A DNA stretch of 62,471 nucleotides from Chiloscyllium plagiosum (GCF_004010195.1 NC_057752.1:13692104-13754574), one strand, 5' to 3'; positions 24,833-35,959 are shown, counted from the stretch's first letter. The notes: generated by a model not told the origin, from the sequence alone. Numbers and translations are program-made.

Positions 24833-25649
24833 CACTCTGCTAGGAAGTTTAATTTTTTTTGTATATCTCTTCATTATCCCCATCACATTCCCTTTTCTCT
24901 TGCATACTCTTGCTTCCTTTTCAATGTTGTCATTCATACACGTTTCTCTCTCCATCTGTCTCTGTTTTGCTCTCAGTCTGTTGGTTTCTGTTCCTGCATG
25001 CCTCCTTGACTCTGTCAGTCTCTCGATGCCATTCTCTCTCTCTCTGGCTCTCGACATCTTTTTTTTTCTCTCTCTCTCTCTCTTCCTGCCTGCCTCTCTC
25101 TGTCTTCCAGTCTGCTGCCTCACGGTCTCCCCAAGTTGCCTTGATGGCCTGGAAGAATCAGAGAAGTGGGTCATCTTTCTGTGAGATCTTAATAGCTCCT
25201 CGCTGGCAGCAATGCAGTACCATGCACTGACAGCTACAGTTCCATTAGTAACTGTTTGAGCATTTCAGAACTGCAGTCAGGTCTTCAGAAAAAGACTGCT
25301 GGTTATTTTGTGATATAACCATGAGATGTTTTGCCTTATTTGGCTCACATTACATCTTAACTCCATTATATCATTGGCTTGTTGCGGCAGAATTCAATCC
25401 TCCTTTTAAGGGAACGTATCTGATGATAAGCATTAAATTCCTTCTTCCTAATCAAGATTCCCTGGCACCAATCCATGTGGTCATGCAAGAGCGTGTGTCA
25501 GGAAACTGCAAGCACAGCGATCGGATTATCAGATCCATATCCTGGGAAGCTTAGCTTGCGGAATGAAGCTCATCACATTGACCCCAGGGTTCCAGTGCAA
25601 AATCTGACAGATCTTCTCAAACTCCTGAGTGACTCGGAGAGACTTAAAT

Positions 25650-26297
25650 TGGGGGGGGGGAGTATCAGCCCGAGCCCAGAGTGCGGTTCAACAATCGGTA
25701 ACGTTTATTGATACAGTAACACCGGCGCAAACCAACCGAGGTCCGAATCTCGGCTGTTCTGCTGTTCCCGCGCGCTGCGACACATTATACACCTTTCTTT
25801 GTCAGGATGTGAGGATTTTGGGTATGAATGGGATGATAGTTCCCCATCATCGCTGGAGAAGGTGCAAATGGTGGGTTTCCTGCCATCCCAGGAGAGTCGC
25901 AGTGTACACACAATAGGGTGCTAATTGGATTATGTAAACGGGTCCGGGTACTATCTGCTTGTCTCTCTCTGTGAGGGCTGGGGGCTAGCATCCCCCTTTG
26001 TTCCCCTGGGGTGCTGGTGTGTATTAGTCTGTTCGTTCCTGTCTGGTAGATGCCTGTCCTTTGTGTCAGGGTGGTTCTGTATTGATGAATATGGGTGTGT
26101 TTCAGTCAGTCTCTTGATTTGATTAGGAGATGGGTTTCCATATTAATTAGCTCCGGAGTTTCGGTCTATGAGTCATGGTTAATGTCTGGCCTCGTATGGA
26201 TTTGATCTGTCCTCTGGCTCCCATCTCCCGGTCACGTGGGCGGACCGGCAGCTGCTGAGTTCTGTGGGTTTAAGCTGCGGCTGCCGTTTAAAACACA
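25650..26297 (-). mobile_element. Candidate solo LTR (ERV- or Gypsy-like), CpG-rich
   Basis: TG at 25650, CA at 26296-26297, AAAT on both flanks, AATAAA on minus strand at about 25704. Confidence 0.6.
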
Positions 26298-26409
26298 AAA
26301 TGAATTCCTATAGTTTTACCGATGTAGGCATAGTCCCGTGGCAAATGCGGGGTGGCTCTGATGCCCGCTTGCAGGGGGAAGGTGATTTCAGTGCATAAAA
26401 GATTAAAAA

Positions 26410-26826
26410 CGAATGGGGGGCATGGAGTTAAAGTGGAGAGAGTTTAAAAATGAGGGGTAATTTGTTTTAGGAGTAAGTGAGGACTGCAGATGCTGGAGAT
26501 CAGAGCTGAAAAATGTGTTGCTGGAAAAGCGCAGCAGGTCAGGCAGCATCCAAGGAGCAGGAGAGTCGACGTTTCGGGCATAAGCCTTACTTCAGATAAT
26601 TTATTTTACACAGAGAGTGGTTCCTGTGTGGAATGAACTTCCTGAGGAAGTGGTGGACGTGGGTACAGTTACAATGTTTAAAAGGCATTTGGATAAGGAC
26701 ATGAATAGGAAAGGGTTGGAGGGACATGGGCCAGGAGTAGGCAGGTGAGACTAGATCAGTTTGGGATTATGGTCGGCACAGACTGGGTGGATCAAAGGGC
26801 CTGTTTCCGTGCTGTACGACTCTATA
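26410..26826 (+). mobile_element. CR1 3' end containing a PLE family A insert (26476-26596)
   Basis: taattt(g/a)tttta duplicated around the PLE; CR1 FTQRVV.VWNELP resumes afterwards. Confidence 0.85.
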
Positions 26827-26867
26827 ACATGCAATGAGTGATGCGTGAAAAACATTTTCCCTCATGG

Positions 26868-27405
26868 GGGCTCAGTGGTTAGCACAGCTGCCTCAAAGCA
26901 CCAGGGACCCAGATTCGATTCCACTCTTGGGCGACTGTCTGTGTGAGTTACCTCCCACAGTCCAATGATTTGCAGATTAAGGTGGATTGGCCATGCTAAA
27001 TTCTCCCATAGTGCGCAGGGATGTGCAGGTTAGGGTGGATTGGCCATGTTACGTTGTCCTATACTGTCCAGGGATGTGTAGGTTAGGGTGGATTGGCCAT
27101 GCTAAATTCTCCCATAGTGCGCAGGGATGTGCAGGTTAGGGTGGATTGGCCATGCTAAATTGTCCCATAGTGTCCAGGGACGTGCAGGTTAGGGTGGATT
27201 GGCCATGCTAAATTGTCCCATAGTGTCCAGTGATATGCAGGTTAGGGTGGATTGGCCATGCTAAATTGTTCCATAGTGTCCATGTGGTGATTAGGCGCAT
27301 TAGTCAGGGGGAAATGTAGAGAAATAGGATAGGGGGGATGGGTCTGGGTAGGAATGTCTTCAGAGGATGAGGGTGGCCTGTTGGGATGAATGGCCTGTAG
27401 GGCTT
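26868..27405 (+). mobile_element. HE1 SINE with 5-6 tandem 53-bp units
   Basis: A/B boxes, then repeats of ttagggtggattggccatgctaaatt. Confidence 0.88.
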
Positions 27406-27699
27406 CTGTGAACTTTTCGTAGTTCCATGCTACCATTGGCCATCTAAGCCCAGCAGTAAGGATCTTGCAGTGAAATGGTAGTGACTCTTCCTCTAGTATA
27501 GGTGATCCTGGCCCAAGTCCCTGGAGGTGTGTCATTCCCATATCCAAGCGGGTTAATTAATATAAATGTAGACAAAGATTATTCACATGGATCGGGTTTC
27601 CAGCATTTACTGAAACTGAACCTCATGGATAAAACCACAGAGGAACTGAAAGGCAAGATGTTTAACTTATTGCTCCAGATATTTTAGGTCAACCCTGCT

Positions 27700-27790
27700 C
27701 AGAGATGTTATGACACAACTCTGGAACAAGTGGAGCTTGAACCTGGGTCTCCTGCCTCTGAGATAGGGACATTAGCTCTGCACGACAAAA
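27700..27790 (-). mobile_element. tRNA-derived SINE head of a third family (other copies near 27460, 32950, 34315, 49687, 57837)
   Basis: Consensus gtggcgcagtggtagtgtccctacctctgagccag...ggttcaagtcccac...ccagag.tgtgtcataac with A and B boxes. Confidence 0.6.
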
Positions 27791-28137
27791 GCTCCAATTT
27801 CTTTGCCCTACAAATATTGGAGGGGGGTGGGGTGAGGAACGTGGCTGTTTGACCTATTGCAGGTGGACGGTTGGTTAATGAAATATTCAGGAATGTGAGC
27901 AGGCACCCCCAGTGTCAGGATCATCACAGTTCAGTCCCATTTTTCCCCAACCGCTACCCAAGCTGGCGCTTTCTATATGGTGAGTCACTGGAAGGAAAAG
28001 GAGTTCTGCCAACAATAGTGATGGAAAGGGAACAGACGTGGGCTTCCTCGCCAAGGCATGACTGGCAGTCGCCTTCCATTTGCATCCCCAATTTCCTTGC
28101 CCTACAAATATTGGAGGGGGGGTGGTGAGGAACGTGG

Positions 28138-28852
28138 TTAAGTCCTGCTAAGATTTGCTTTTCCAAAATGCAGCACCTCACATTTATCTAAATTAAACTC
28201 CATCTGCCATTTCTCAGCCCACTGGCCCATCTGGTCAAGATCCTGTTGTAATCTGAGGTAACCCTCTTCGCTGTCCACTACACCTCCAATTTTGGTGTCA
28301 ACTGCAANNNNNNNNNNNNNNNNNNNNNNNNNNNNNNNNNNNNNNNNNNNNNNNNNNNNNNNNNNNNNNNNNNNNNNNNNNNNNNNNNNNNNNNNNNNNN
28401 NNNNNNNNNNNNNNNNNNNNNNNNNNNNNNNNNNNNNNNNNNNAGGCCTCCAGTCTGAAAAACAACCCTCCACCACCACCCTCTGTCTTCTACCTTTGAG
28501 CCAGTTCTATATCCAAATGGCTAGTTCTCTCTGTATTCCATGAGATCTGACCTTGCTAATCAGTCTCCCATGGGGAACCTTGTCGAACGCCTTACTGTAG
28601 TCCATATAGATCACATCTACCGCTCTGCCCTCATCAATCCTGTTTGTTACTTCTTCAAAAAACTCAATTGAGCTTGTGAGACATGATTTCCCACGCACAA
28701 AGCCGTGTTGACTATCCCGAATCAGTCCTTGCCTTTCCAAATACATGTACACCCTGTCCCTCAGGATTCCCTCCAACAACTTGCCCACCACCAACGTCAG
28801 ACTCACGAATTGGTCCAAAGGGTCTGTTTCCATGCTGTACATCTCTATGACT
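28138..28852 (-). mobile_element. CR1/HER1 RT fragment (gap 28308-28443) joined to an inverted short 3' tail
   Basis: SQHGFVRGKSCLT...YMDYSKAFDKVPHGRL; plus-strand tail aagggtctgtttccatgctgtacatctctatgac. Confidence 0.88.
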
Positions 28853-29439
28853 ACTCATTAAGCTTGGCTCACCCATGTCCCTAGAGGAATGCCGTTGGTG
28901 AGGAGGGACTAGCACTTGTCACACAGTCAGTGGCTGGCCCAAAGCTAGCAGGCAGGGGAATAGCGCATGGAGTGCCAATTGGGTTCCAACCCCAGAGGGC
29001 ACATTTCTGAGCCTGATGTCATTCTGAACTGACACACAAAGTAATGCTGCTGTGTGAGCACTGGAGGCATTCAAGAGCCAGCACCATCGAGCAGAATTGT
29101 TACGGCTCCAAAAGAGGCCATTCGGCCCACTCTGCCTGCATGCCAGCTGTCTTGGAAGAGAGACAACGATGTCTCACACCTCCTTGGCTGTCTATGGTTC
29201 ATTGCCAGTTATTTTTCAACAGCACGCCCAGTTACCAATAGTCCTAGGCAGCGTTGTGACACTTGGAGGGGTATTCTGTCTGGTGCTAGAGATGCTGTTG
29301 CCTCCATTACCCAGGGTGGATGCATCATGTTGGAACATCAGCCAAACAGTTAAATCGTATGGCACATTAAATCGAAGCTAAAACATTGCAGGTGCTGGAA
29401 ACCTGAAATGAAATTAAGTTAAAATCTTAATGTGACCAC

Positions 29440-30048
29440 CACCCCTTGATTTTCAGTGGTGTTACCATCACTGAATCCCTCACTATCAACACCTTGGGGA
29501 TTACCATTAACCAGAAACTGAACTGGACTCACCAGATAAATGTAGTGGCTACAAGAACAGGTCAGAGGCTGGGAATCCTGCAGTGAGTAACTCCCCTCCT
29601 GACTCCCCAAAGCCTGTCCCACCATCTCTAACTCACAAGTCAGGAGTGTGATGGAATACTCCCCACTTGCCCCTGGATGGGGGCAGCTCCAACAACACTC
29701 AAGAAGCTCGACACCATCCAGGACAAAGCAGCCGCTTGATTGGCCCCACATCGGCAAACATCCACTCCCTCCCCCCACCGACGCTCAGTAGCAGCAGTGT
29801 GTACCATCTACAAGATGCACTGCAGGAATTCACCAAAGATCCTCAGACAGCACCTTCCAAACCCACCACCACTTCCATCTAGAAGGACAAGGGCAGCAGA
29901 TACATGGGAACACCACCCCCTGCAAGTTCCCCTCCGAGCCCCTCACCATCCTGACTTGGAAATATATCACCACTCCTTCATCGTCACTGGGTCAAAATCC
30001 TGGAATTCCCTCCCTCAGGGCATTGTGGGTCAACCCACAGCACGTGGA
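29440..30048 (+). mobile_element. CR1/L2-type LINE 3' fragment (remainder about 30415-30640)
   Basis: HRRSVAAVCTIYKMHCRNSPKILRQHLP; same family as 43540-46567. Confidence 0.85.
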
Positions 30049-30057
30049 CTTTTTGTT

Positions 30058-30385
30058 AAAAATTCATTCATAGGATGAGGGCATTGCTGGCCAGGCCAGC
30101 ATTTATTGCCTGTCCCTAATTGCCCAGAGGGCAGTTAAGAGTCAACCACATTGGCTGTGGGTCTGGAGTCACGTGTAGGCCAGACCAGGTAAGGATAACA
30201 GTTTCCTTCCCTGAAGGACATTAGTGAACCAGGTGGGGTTTTCTGACAATGGATCCATGGTCACCAGTTGACTCTTAGTTCCAGATTTGTTTTATTACAT
30301 TTAAATTCGACCATTGTAGGATTCAAGCCTGCATCTCCAGAACATTAACTAGGTCAACAGTCCAATGAAAATACCACTGGGCCCA
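30058..30385 (-). mobile_element. SacSINE1-like SINE
   Basis: Reverse complement of the 21780-22113 family. Confidence 0.75.
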
Positions 30386-30432
30386 TCACCTTCCCCCTAA
30401 GCTGTTACCTTCCTACTGCAGCGGTTCAAGAC

Positions 30433-30556
30433 TGATGTGGAGGAGCTGGTGTTGGACTGGGGTGGACAAAGTTAAAAATCACAAAACACCAGGTGATAGT
30501 CCAACAGGTTTATTGGGAAACACTAGCTTTCAGAGCGCCGTTCCTTCATCAGGTAA
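30433..30556 (-). mobile_element. PLE terminal-repeat insert (family B) with hammerhead motif
   Basis: Minus strand TAC-CTGATGA-AGGAAC-GGC-GCTCT-GAAA-GC-TA-GTG; ggttcaaga duplicated on the flanks. Confidence 0.75.
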
Positions 30557-30904
30557 GTAGTGGGGCTAGAAGCACTTTAACTTGGTTCAAGAAGGCAGTT
30601 CACCACCACCTTCTCAAGGGGCAGTTAGCAATGGGCCACATGCCTTTCAAAGCAGAAATACTGCAGGTTCTGGAAATCTGAGGGAGACACCGAGAAGGCT
30701 GGAGAAACTCAGCATCAGTGGAGAGAAAGCAAACAGTTCCAGGATAGGATGACTATTTCCAAACTCTGAGCTGTCGCTATGTAAGGGCCGGTGGGGTGGA
30801 AAGGACTGGTTTTCACAGTGAGTCAGCACCTGTGACACCCCTCTGCGCCCTCCCCCCCCTACTAATGACCTACCCAAGGCACAACGATGCCAAGCAAAGG
30901 GAAC

Positions 30905-32418
30905 CATCCACCCTAACCTGCACAACCCTGGACACTATGGGACAATTTAGCATGTCCAATCCATCCTAACCTGCACATCCTGGGACACTATGGGACAATT
31001 TAGCATGGCCAATCCACCCTAACCTGCACATTCCTGGGCACTATGGGACAATTTAGCATGGCCAATCCACCCTATCCTGCACATCCCTGGGCACTATGGG
31101 ACAATTTAGCATGGCCAATCCCACCCTACCTGCACATCACTGGACACTATGGGACAATTTAGCATGGCCAACCAACCCTAACCTGCACATCCCTGGGCAC
31201 TATGGGACAATTGAGCATGGCCAATCCACCCTAACCTGCACATCCCTGGGCACTATGGGACAATTGAGCATGGCCAATCCACCCTAACCTGCACATCCCT
31301 GGGCACTATGGGACAATTGAGCATGGCCAATCCACCCTAACCTGCACATCCCTGGGCACTATGGGACAATTTAGCATGGCCAATCCACCCTAACCTGCAC
31401 ATCCCTGGGCACTATGGGACAATTTAGCATGGCCAATCCACCCTAACCTGCACATCCCTGGGCACTATGGGACAATTTAGCATGGCCAATCCACCCTAAC
31501 CTGCACATCCCTGGGCACTATGGGACAATTTAGCATGGCCAATCCACCCTAACCTGCACATCCCTGGGCACTATGGGACAATTTAGCATGGCCAATCCAC
31601 CCTAACCTGCACATCCCTGGGCACTATGGGACAATTTAGCATGGCCAATCCACCCTAACCTGCACATCCCTGGGCACTATGGGACAATTTAGCATGGCCA
31701 ATCCACCCTAACCTGCACATCCCTGGGCACTATGGGACAATTTAGCATGGCCAATCCACCCTAACCTGCACATCCCTGGGCACTATGGGACAATTTAGCA
31801 TGGCCAATCCACCCTAACCTGCACATCCCTGGGCACTATGGGACAATTTAGCATGGCCAATCAACCCTAACCTGCACATCCCTGGGCGCGACGGGACAAT
31901 TTAGCACGGCCAATCCACACTAACCTGCACATCCCTGGGCACTANNNNNNNNNNNNNNNNNNNNNNNNNNNNNNNNNNNNNNNNNNNNNNNNNNNNNNNN
32001 NNNNNNNNNNNNNNNNNNNNNNNNNNNNNNNNNNNNNNNNNNNNNNNNNNNNNNNNNNNNNNNNNNNNNNNNNNNNNNNNNNNNNNNNNNNNNNNNNNNN
32101 NNNNNNNNNNNNNNNNNNNNNNNNNNNNNNNNNNNNNNNNNNNNNNNNNNNNNNNNNNNNNNNNNNNNNNNNNNNNNNNNNNNNNNNNNNNNNNNNNNNN
32201 NNNNNNNNNNNNNNNNNNNNNNNNNNNNNNNNNNNNNNNNNNNNNNNNNCCACCCTAACCTGCACATCCCTGGGCCCTATGGGACAATTTAGCATGGCCA
32301 ACCTTCACATCCCTGGGCACTATGGGACAATTTAGCATGGCCAATCCACCCTAACCTGCACATCCCTGGACACTATGGGACAATTTAGCATGGCCAATCC
32401 ACCTTAACCTGCACATCT
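30905..32418 (-). repeat. 53-bp minisatellite derived from the HE1 SINE internal unit (about 19 visible units before gap 31945-32249, about 3 after)
   Basis: Unit caccctaacctgcacatccctgggcactatgggacaatttagcatggccaatc, period 53 (e.g. 31386 to 31439). Confidence 0.97.
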
Positions 32419-32545
32419 TTGGACTGTGGGGTGAACCGGAGCAAACCCACACAGACACGGGGAGAATGTGCAAACTCCGAGGCTGGAATCAAACCCAGGT
32501 CTCTGGCGCTGTGCGGCAGCAGTGCTTACCACTGAGCCACCCTGG
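32418..32545 (-). mobile_element. HE1 SINE head contiguous with the minisatellite
   Basis: Minus strand ggtggctcagtggtaagcactgctgccgcacagcgccagagacctgggtttgattcc. Confidence 0.88.
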
Positions 32546-33073
32546 AAAAGCCACTGTGCCGTGCACTAGAAGACACAAAGGGGTGACCCAGTGCTGACTG
32601 CAGGGTCAATGGTAGAAATGCAAGAGACTGCAGAGAGGACAGTGCAGCACAGAAGGTCATTTGGCTTATAGCCTGCACCCACTGGCCATTGCATCCCAGT
32701 CTTCAGCCTTAGAAGTGCTCCTTTGGAGAGGAGGCGACACGGGCAAGGCTGGCCGAATGGCCTACTTCTCAGTCATTGTGTGTTCAATGCTTTCTCGAGT
32801 CAGAGATGCTCGGACGAAAATGCTGCCTCTGCACCTCAGGCTTGACTCCCCTGTCCAATGTGTCAGTTCCTAGGGCACAATGACAAAGCAGCCGTGCTAT
32901 TAGTGTGCTGCTCCCCCCCTCCCCTCCCCCTTCGATCGGGCAGGACGAGGTCACCTAGCTCAGAGGCTGGGACACTACCACTGCACCACAAGTAAAGGAG
33001 CTGGGTTCCCGTCTGTTGCTGGAGAGACGTGGGGTAAATTCCTCTCTCTCTCTCTCTCTCTGCTATTCTGCAG

Positions 33074-33236
33074 CTATCCCACTGGAGGGAGCGAATCCTA
33101 GCTGTGGGCAACAGCCGCACTCTCATTGACCGGGAAAGGTTGCAGAGCTGCAGAGGGCTGGAGGGACAAATCAGAATGTGGAGTACGTCTGTCTGTTTGC
33201 TGAGAGAGAGGGGGAATACCGCTAACAGCATAACAG
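33074..33236 (+). other. Candidate exon (gene unknown)
   Basis: (CT)n-gctattctgcAG acceptor, CAG/GTAAGG donor, unique sequence, one open frame. Confidence 0.3.
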
Positions 33237-33352
33237 GTAAGGCAAGTCCTGAAGAGCCAGAGGGGATTAAAAAAAAAACACATACATCTTTTGTGTTCCT
33301 TTTGATTTGATTTTTTTTGTTGTTGCTGTGTTTTGCAACCATGATATTTCAG

Positions 33353-33404
33353 GGAATGAACAAAACATTCCCGTTTTGGATGTTCATCCAGTGATACTGA
33401 GAAG
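33353..33404 (+). other. Candidate exon (gene unknown)
   Basis: T-rich tract plus tttcAG acceptor, AAG/GTAAGC donor; phase-compatible with 33074-33236. Confidence 0.3.
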
Positions 33405-33939
33405 GTAAGCAGTGCACTGGCTTCAGCCCAAATGCAGAATTGCTCTTTGTATGACTGCCGGTCTATTGTCAGATTGCAAACGCTGGAGTGTGTGGATATT
33501 CGTAACATTTTTTTCTTCACAAAAAGAACTTCAACGGATCAGATCGATTTCCACAGAAATTGCTTTTGAAAAAGCCAAACAAAAAAAAAACCAGACGCGG
33601 ATCATGTTTTAAATGCAAAGCCAGCTCAGATTTGTCCATGTTTTTGCAAAGAATAATGACTTTGGCTGTTTGGGGAGGGGGTATATGGGCATTCGTGGTC
33701 TGCAATATCATCACGTGGGCAGCACAGTGACTGCGTGTTAAGAAGGGCAAGTTGGAGGACCCTTCATCTGTGATTTTTCAGCAGTTTGCTGGAATGTGGA
33801 AGATTAGAACCACTGAAGAACTCTTCCTCCTATCCCCCATTCTGATTCTTTTCGGCCAACAACTGAATTTATGTAGCACCTTCGCTGTGCTTCACAGGAA
33901 TGTTCTCAGACCCAATCTCTCTCCAGTACCTACCAGATC

Positions 33940-34232
33940 TTACAGTCATAGAGATGTGCGGTACCTTACGGTCCAACCCGTCCGTGCCGACCAGGTATCC
34001 TAACCCAATCTCGTCCCATTTGCCAGCACTTTGCCCATATCCCTCCAAACCCTTCCTATTCATATACCCATCCAGATGCCTTTTAAATGCTGTCATTGTA
34101 CCAGCCTCCACCACTTCCTCTGGCAGCGCATTCCACACACGTACCACCCTCTGTGTGAAAAAGTTGCCTCTTAGGTCCCTTTTATACCTTTCCCCTCTCA
34201 CCCTGAACCTATGCCTCTCTAGTTCTGGACTC
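33940..34232 (-). mobile_element. CR1/HER1 3' end
   Basis: RFRVRGERYKRDLRGNFFTQRVVRVWNALPEEVVEAG plus 3' UTR. Confidence 0.92.
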
Positions 34233-34405
34233 ATGACCAAAGTTAGGAGGACAAAAAAGTGTAGAGGTCAAACAGCTGTGCCCCTCTCCGATACGTGTAG
34301 TGGTAATGAATTTGGGGTTTTTGTGGCACAGTGGTAGTGTCCTTACCTCTGAGCCAGGAGACCCAGGTTCAAGCCCCACTTTGCTCCAGAGTTGTGTCAT
34401 AACAC

Positions 34406-35043
34406 TGATGATAAAGTGAGGGCTGCAGATGCTGGAGATCAGAGCCGAAAATGTGTTGCTGGAAAAGCGCAGCAGGTCAGACAGCATCCAGGGAACAGGA
34501 GAATCGACGTTTCGGGCATAAGCCCTTCTTCAGGAATGAGGAAAGTGTGTCCAGCAGGCTAAGATAAAAGGTAGGGAGGAGGGACTTGGGGGAGGGGCGT
34601 TGGAAATGCGATAGGTGGAGGGAGGTCAAGGTGAGGGTGATAGGCCGGAGTGGGGTGGGGGCGGAGAGGTCAGGAAGATGATTGCAGGTTAGGAAGGCGG
34701 TGCTGAGTTCGAGGGATTTGACTGAGACAAGGTGGGGGGAGGGGAAATGAGGAAACTGGAGAAATCTGAGTTCATCCCTTGTGGTTGGAGGGTTCCTAGG
34801 CGGAAGATGAGGCGCTCTTCCTCCAACCGTCGTGTTGCCATGGTCTGGCGATGGAGGAGTCCAAGGACCTGCATATCCTTGGTGGAGTGGGAGGGGGAGT
34901 TGAAGTGTTGGGCTACGGGGTGGTTGGGTTGGTTGGTCCGGGTGTCCCAGAGGTGTTCTCGGAAACGTTCCGCAAGTAGGCGATTCTCCTGTTCCTTGGA
35001 TGCTGCCTGACCTGCTGCGCTTTTCCAGCAACACATTTTCAGC
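34406..35043 (-). mobile_element. 5'-truncated Penelope-like element: GIY-YIG endonuclease C-terminus, terminal repeat and inverted partial repeat
   Basis: RLLAERFREHLWDTRTNQPNHPVAQHFNSPSHS...RRLEEERLIFRLGTLQPQGMN; inverted copy of the terminal repeat at about 34981-35043; 9-bp TSD TCATAACAC (34397-34405 / 35044-35052) within a SINE. Confidence 0.92.
34501..34538 (-). ncRNA. Minimal type-I hammerhead ribozyme motif (PLE family A)
   Basis: CTGAAGA-A-GGGC-TTAT-GCCC-GAAA-CG-TC: intact core, 4-bp stem II, palindromic ACGT helix III; stem I weak. Confidence 0.7.
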
Positions 35044-35126
35044 TCATAACACCTCTGAGCCCATTGATTTTATTACACATTTATATAGAGCCTTTCTAGG
35101 ATGCTACAATAAAGCCGAGCAATACC

Positions 35127-35515
35127 TGGAGCATCGGAGGCTGAGGGGTGACCTCAGAGAGGTTTATAAAATCATGAGGGGCATGGATAGGGTAAATAGC
35201 CAAGGTCTTTTCCCTGGGGTGGAGGAGTCTAAAATTAGAGGGCATAGGTTTGAGGGGAAAGGTTTAAAAGGGACCTAAGGGACAACTTTTTCACACAGAG
35301 GGTGGTGCGTGCACAGAATGAGCTGCCAGAGGACGTGGTGGAGGCTGGTACAATTGCAACATTTAAGAGGCATCTGGATGGGGACATGAATAGGAAGGGT
35401 TCGGAGGGAGATGGGCCGGGTGCTGGCAAATGGGACTAGATTGGGTTGGGATATCTGGTCGGCATGGACGGGATGGACTGAAGGGTCTGTTTCCGTGCTG
35501 TACATCTCTATGATT
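35127..35515 (+). mobile_element. CR1/HER1 3' end
   Basis: LEHRRLRGDLREVYKIMRGMDRV plus 3' UTR. Confidence 0.9.
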
Positions 35516-35959
35516 CTGATTCTGGCTTCTTCAGTGCCCTCCCATTTTCATGTCCCTGCCGCTGCTAGCCATGCCTTGAGCTGCCTCGGGCCCTGTAAAC
35601 TCCGCAACTCTTTCCGAAATCTTTTTGCCTCACTTTCCCTCCTTTGAAAGCTGCTCATGAGGATCACGAATCCCTTAAAAATTAAGTCAAACTTGTGGAT
35701 GATGCCTTCTTCACCATCCGTGTCTCCTTCCTCCTCACTTGTTGGCAGAGAGTTCCAAGTCATTACCACTTACTGCGTTCAAATAAATGTTGTCTTCCCA
35801 TTACCTCCCCTCCCCCGCCCCACCAACAACACATTGTTTGTCTAAAGCCTTAAAAATGTGGACCCCCACCTCCCTCAGTCCTTGTACCATAAGCTAATGA
35901 AAGCAGATTGAACTTACCTTTCTTGTTTAAGCTAATTTTCCACTTGTATCCCTCCATCA

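Noticed and set aside
24677..25230. Overlapping 165-aa ORFs on both strands
   Set aside because: Produced by CT-rich low-complexity sequence plus a SINE head.
26980..27260. Telomeric TTAGGG repeats
   Set aside because: Single TTAGGG per 53-bp SINE unit, not tandem telomeric repeats.
30905..32418. CRISPR-like regular repeat array
   Set aside because: No unique spacers; pure tandem 53-bp units matching the HE1 SINE interior in a vertebrate genome.
34316..34333. V(D)J RSS-like GGTTTTTGT next to CACAGTG
   Set aside because: Only 2 bp apart with the heptamer in the wrong orientation; it is the A-box region of a SINE head and no V/J segments are nearby.
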